IMG/VR virus record: IMGVR_UViG_3300009108_000751 | Span: 124,001 to 188,000 of that record | Length of the DNA stretch: 64,000 nt | Direction: 5' to 3' (one strand) | In this document: in pieces, positions 63,768 through 64,000 of the stretch | How positions within the stretch are numbered: the first letter of the stretch is position 1 | Layout of the letters: every line of letters starts with the position of its first letter | Program-made: the position numbers and the translations under genes | The notes under the pieces: generated by a model | The model's database searches: none | Told to the model about the DNA's origin: nothing | Seen by the model: the letters and a program-made list of their open reading frames with translations, nothing else

Positions 63768-64000
63768 TGATTTTTCTCTCTAAGGCATGGGCGTGGATCA
63801 AAAAGTCCTGGAAGTTGGTTGTCGGTCTCATTGTAGGATTCCTCGCCGCATTTTTTGCGCTAAGGGAAGGTCCTGTCTCCGAGGGTTTCAGGGCACTCAT
63901 GAAGATACGCAAGGACGAAGAAGAGCTAGAAGAAAAGATTGAAGATGAACTTTCATCTCAATCTGAAAAAGAAAAGAGAATCGACGAGGAAACACAAAAG
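63767..64000 (+). CDS. Partial membrane-anchored coiled-coil protein (i-spanin-like), truncated by window end
   Basis: GTG overlapping the holin TAG; MIFLSKAWAWIKKSWKLVVGLIVGFLAAFFAL then a charged coiled coil; translated by hand. Confidence 0.55.
   Translation, partial: MIFLSKAWAWIKKSWKLVVGLIVGFLAAFFALREGPVSEGFRALMKIRKDEEELEEKIEDELSSQSEKEKRIDEETQK

Noticed and set aside
1-64000. Stop-codon reassignment as in some jumbo phages
   Set aside because: Genes are full length and densely packed under code 11, and TAA, TAG and TGA all end genes at expected positions
1-64000. tRNA genes, diversity-generating retroelement or retron
   Set aside because: Intergenic gaps are short, no cloverleaf was recognised and no reverse transcriptase ORF is present; tRNAscan was not run

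Overview
A 64 kb segment of a large, lytic, T4-like/jumbo contractile-tailed phage genome read in standard code 11. Nearly all genes are on the + strand, and the host is probably Gram-negative (lipoproteins, beta-barrel-like proteins). 1-22 kb is the virion module: end of the major capsid protein, two decoration-like paralogs, neck and tail-terminator proteins, two tandem tail sheaths, tube, a frameshifted tail chaperone, tape measure and baseplate. 22-33 kb is replication: a minimal PolA-like polymerase, a degenerate HD protein, gp32-like SSB, RecA, dUTPase, 5'-3' exonuclease, DnaB, class II RNR and ClpP. 33-64 kb interleaves nucleotide-metabolism genes under sigma70-like promoters, DnaE, a DinG-like helicase, lysis and envelope genes, and late genes under an ATA(T/C)TTA promoter. 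Best candidates for new biology: (1) a dispersed pyrimidine-modification pathway built from a kinase fused to a thymidylate-synthase fold with the cytosine-specifying Asp, a ThyX homologue with a remodelled active-site motif, an NDT/MilB-like N-glycosidase, two all-alpha NTP pyrophosphatases and SDR enzymes; (2) a portable amphipathic 'LRxLIRE / ESLLRxxI' tag on unrelated late enzymes (ligase-like NTase, HIGH NTase, HAD phosphatase, PD-(D/E)XK nuclease, possibly SOD), probably a capsid-packaging signal; (3) a perfectly duplicated 99-bp leader that can fold as a pseudoknot; (4) a +1/-2 frameshift in the tail chaperone. All functional calls come from reading motifs by eye; no database searches were run.
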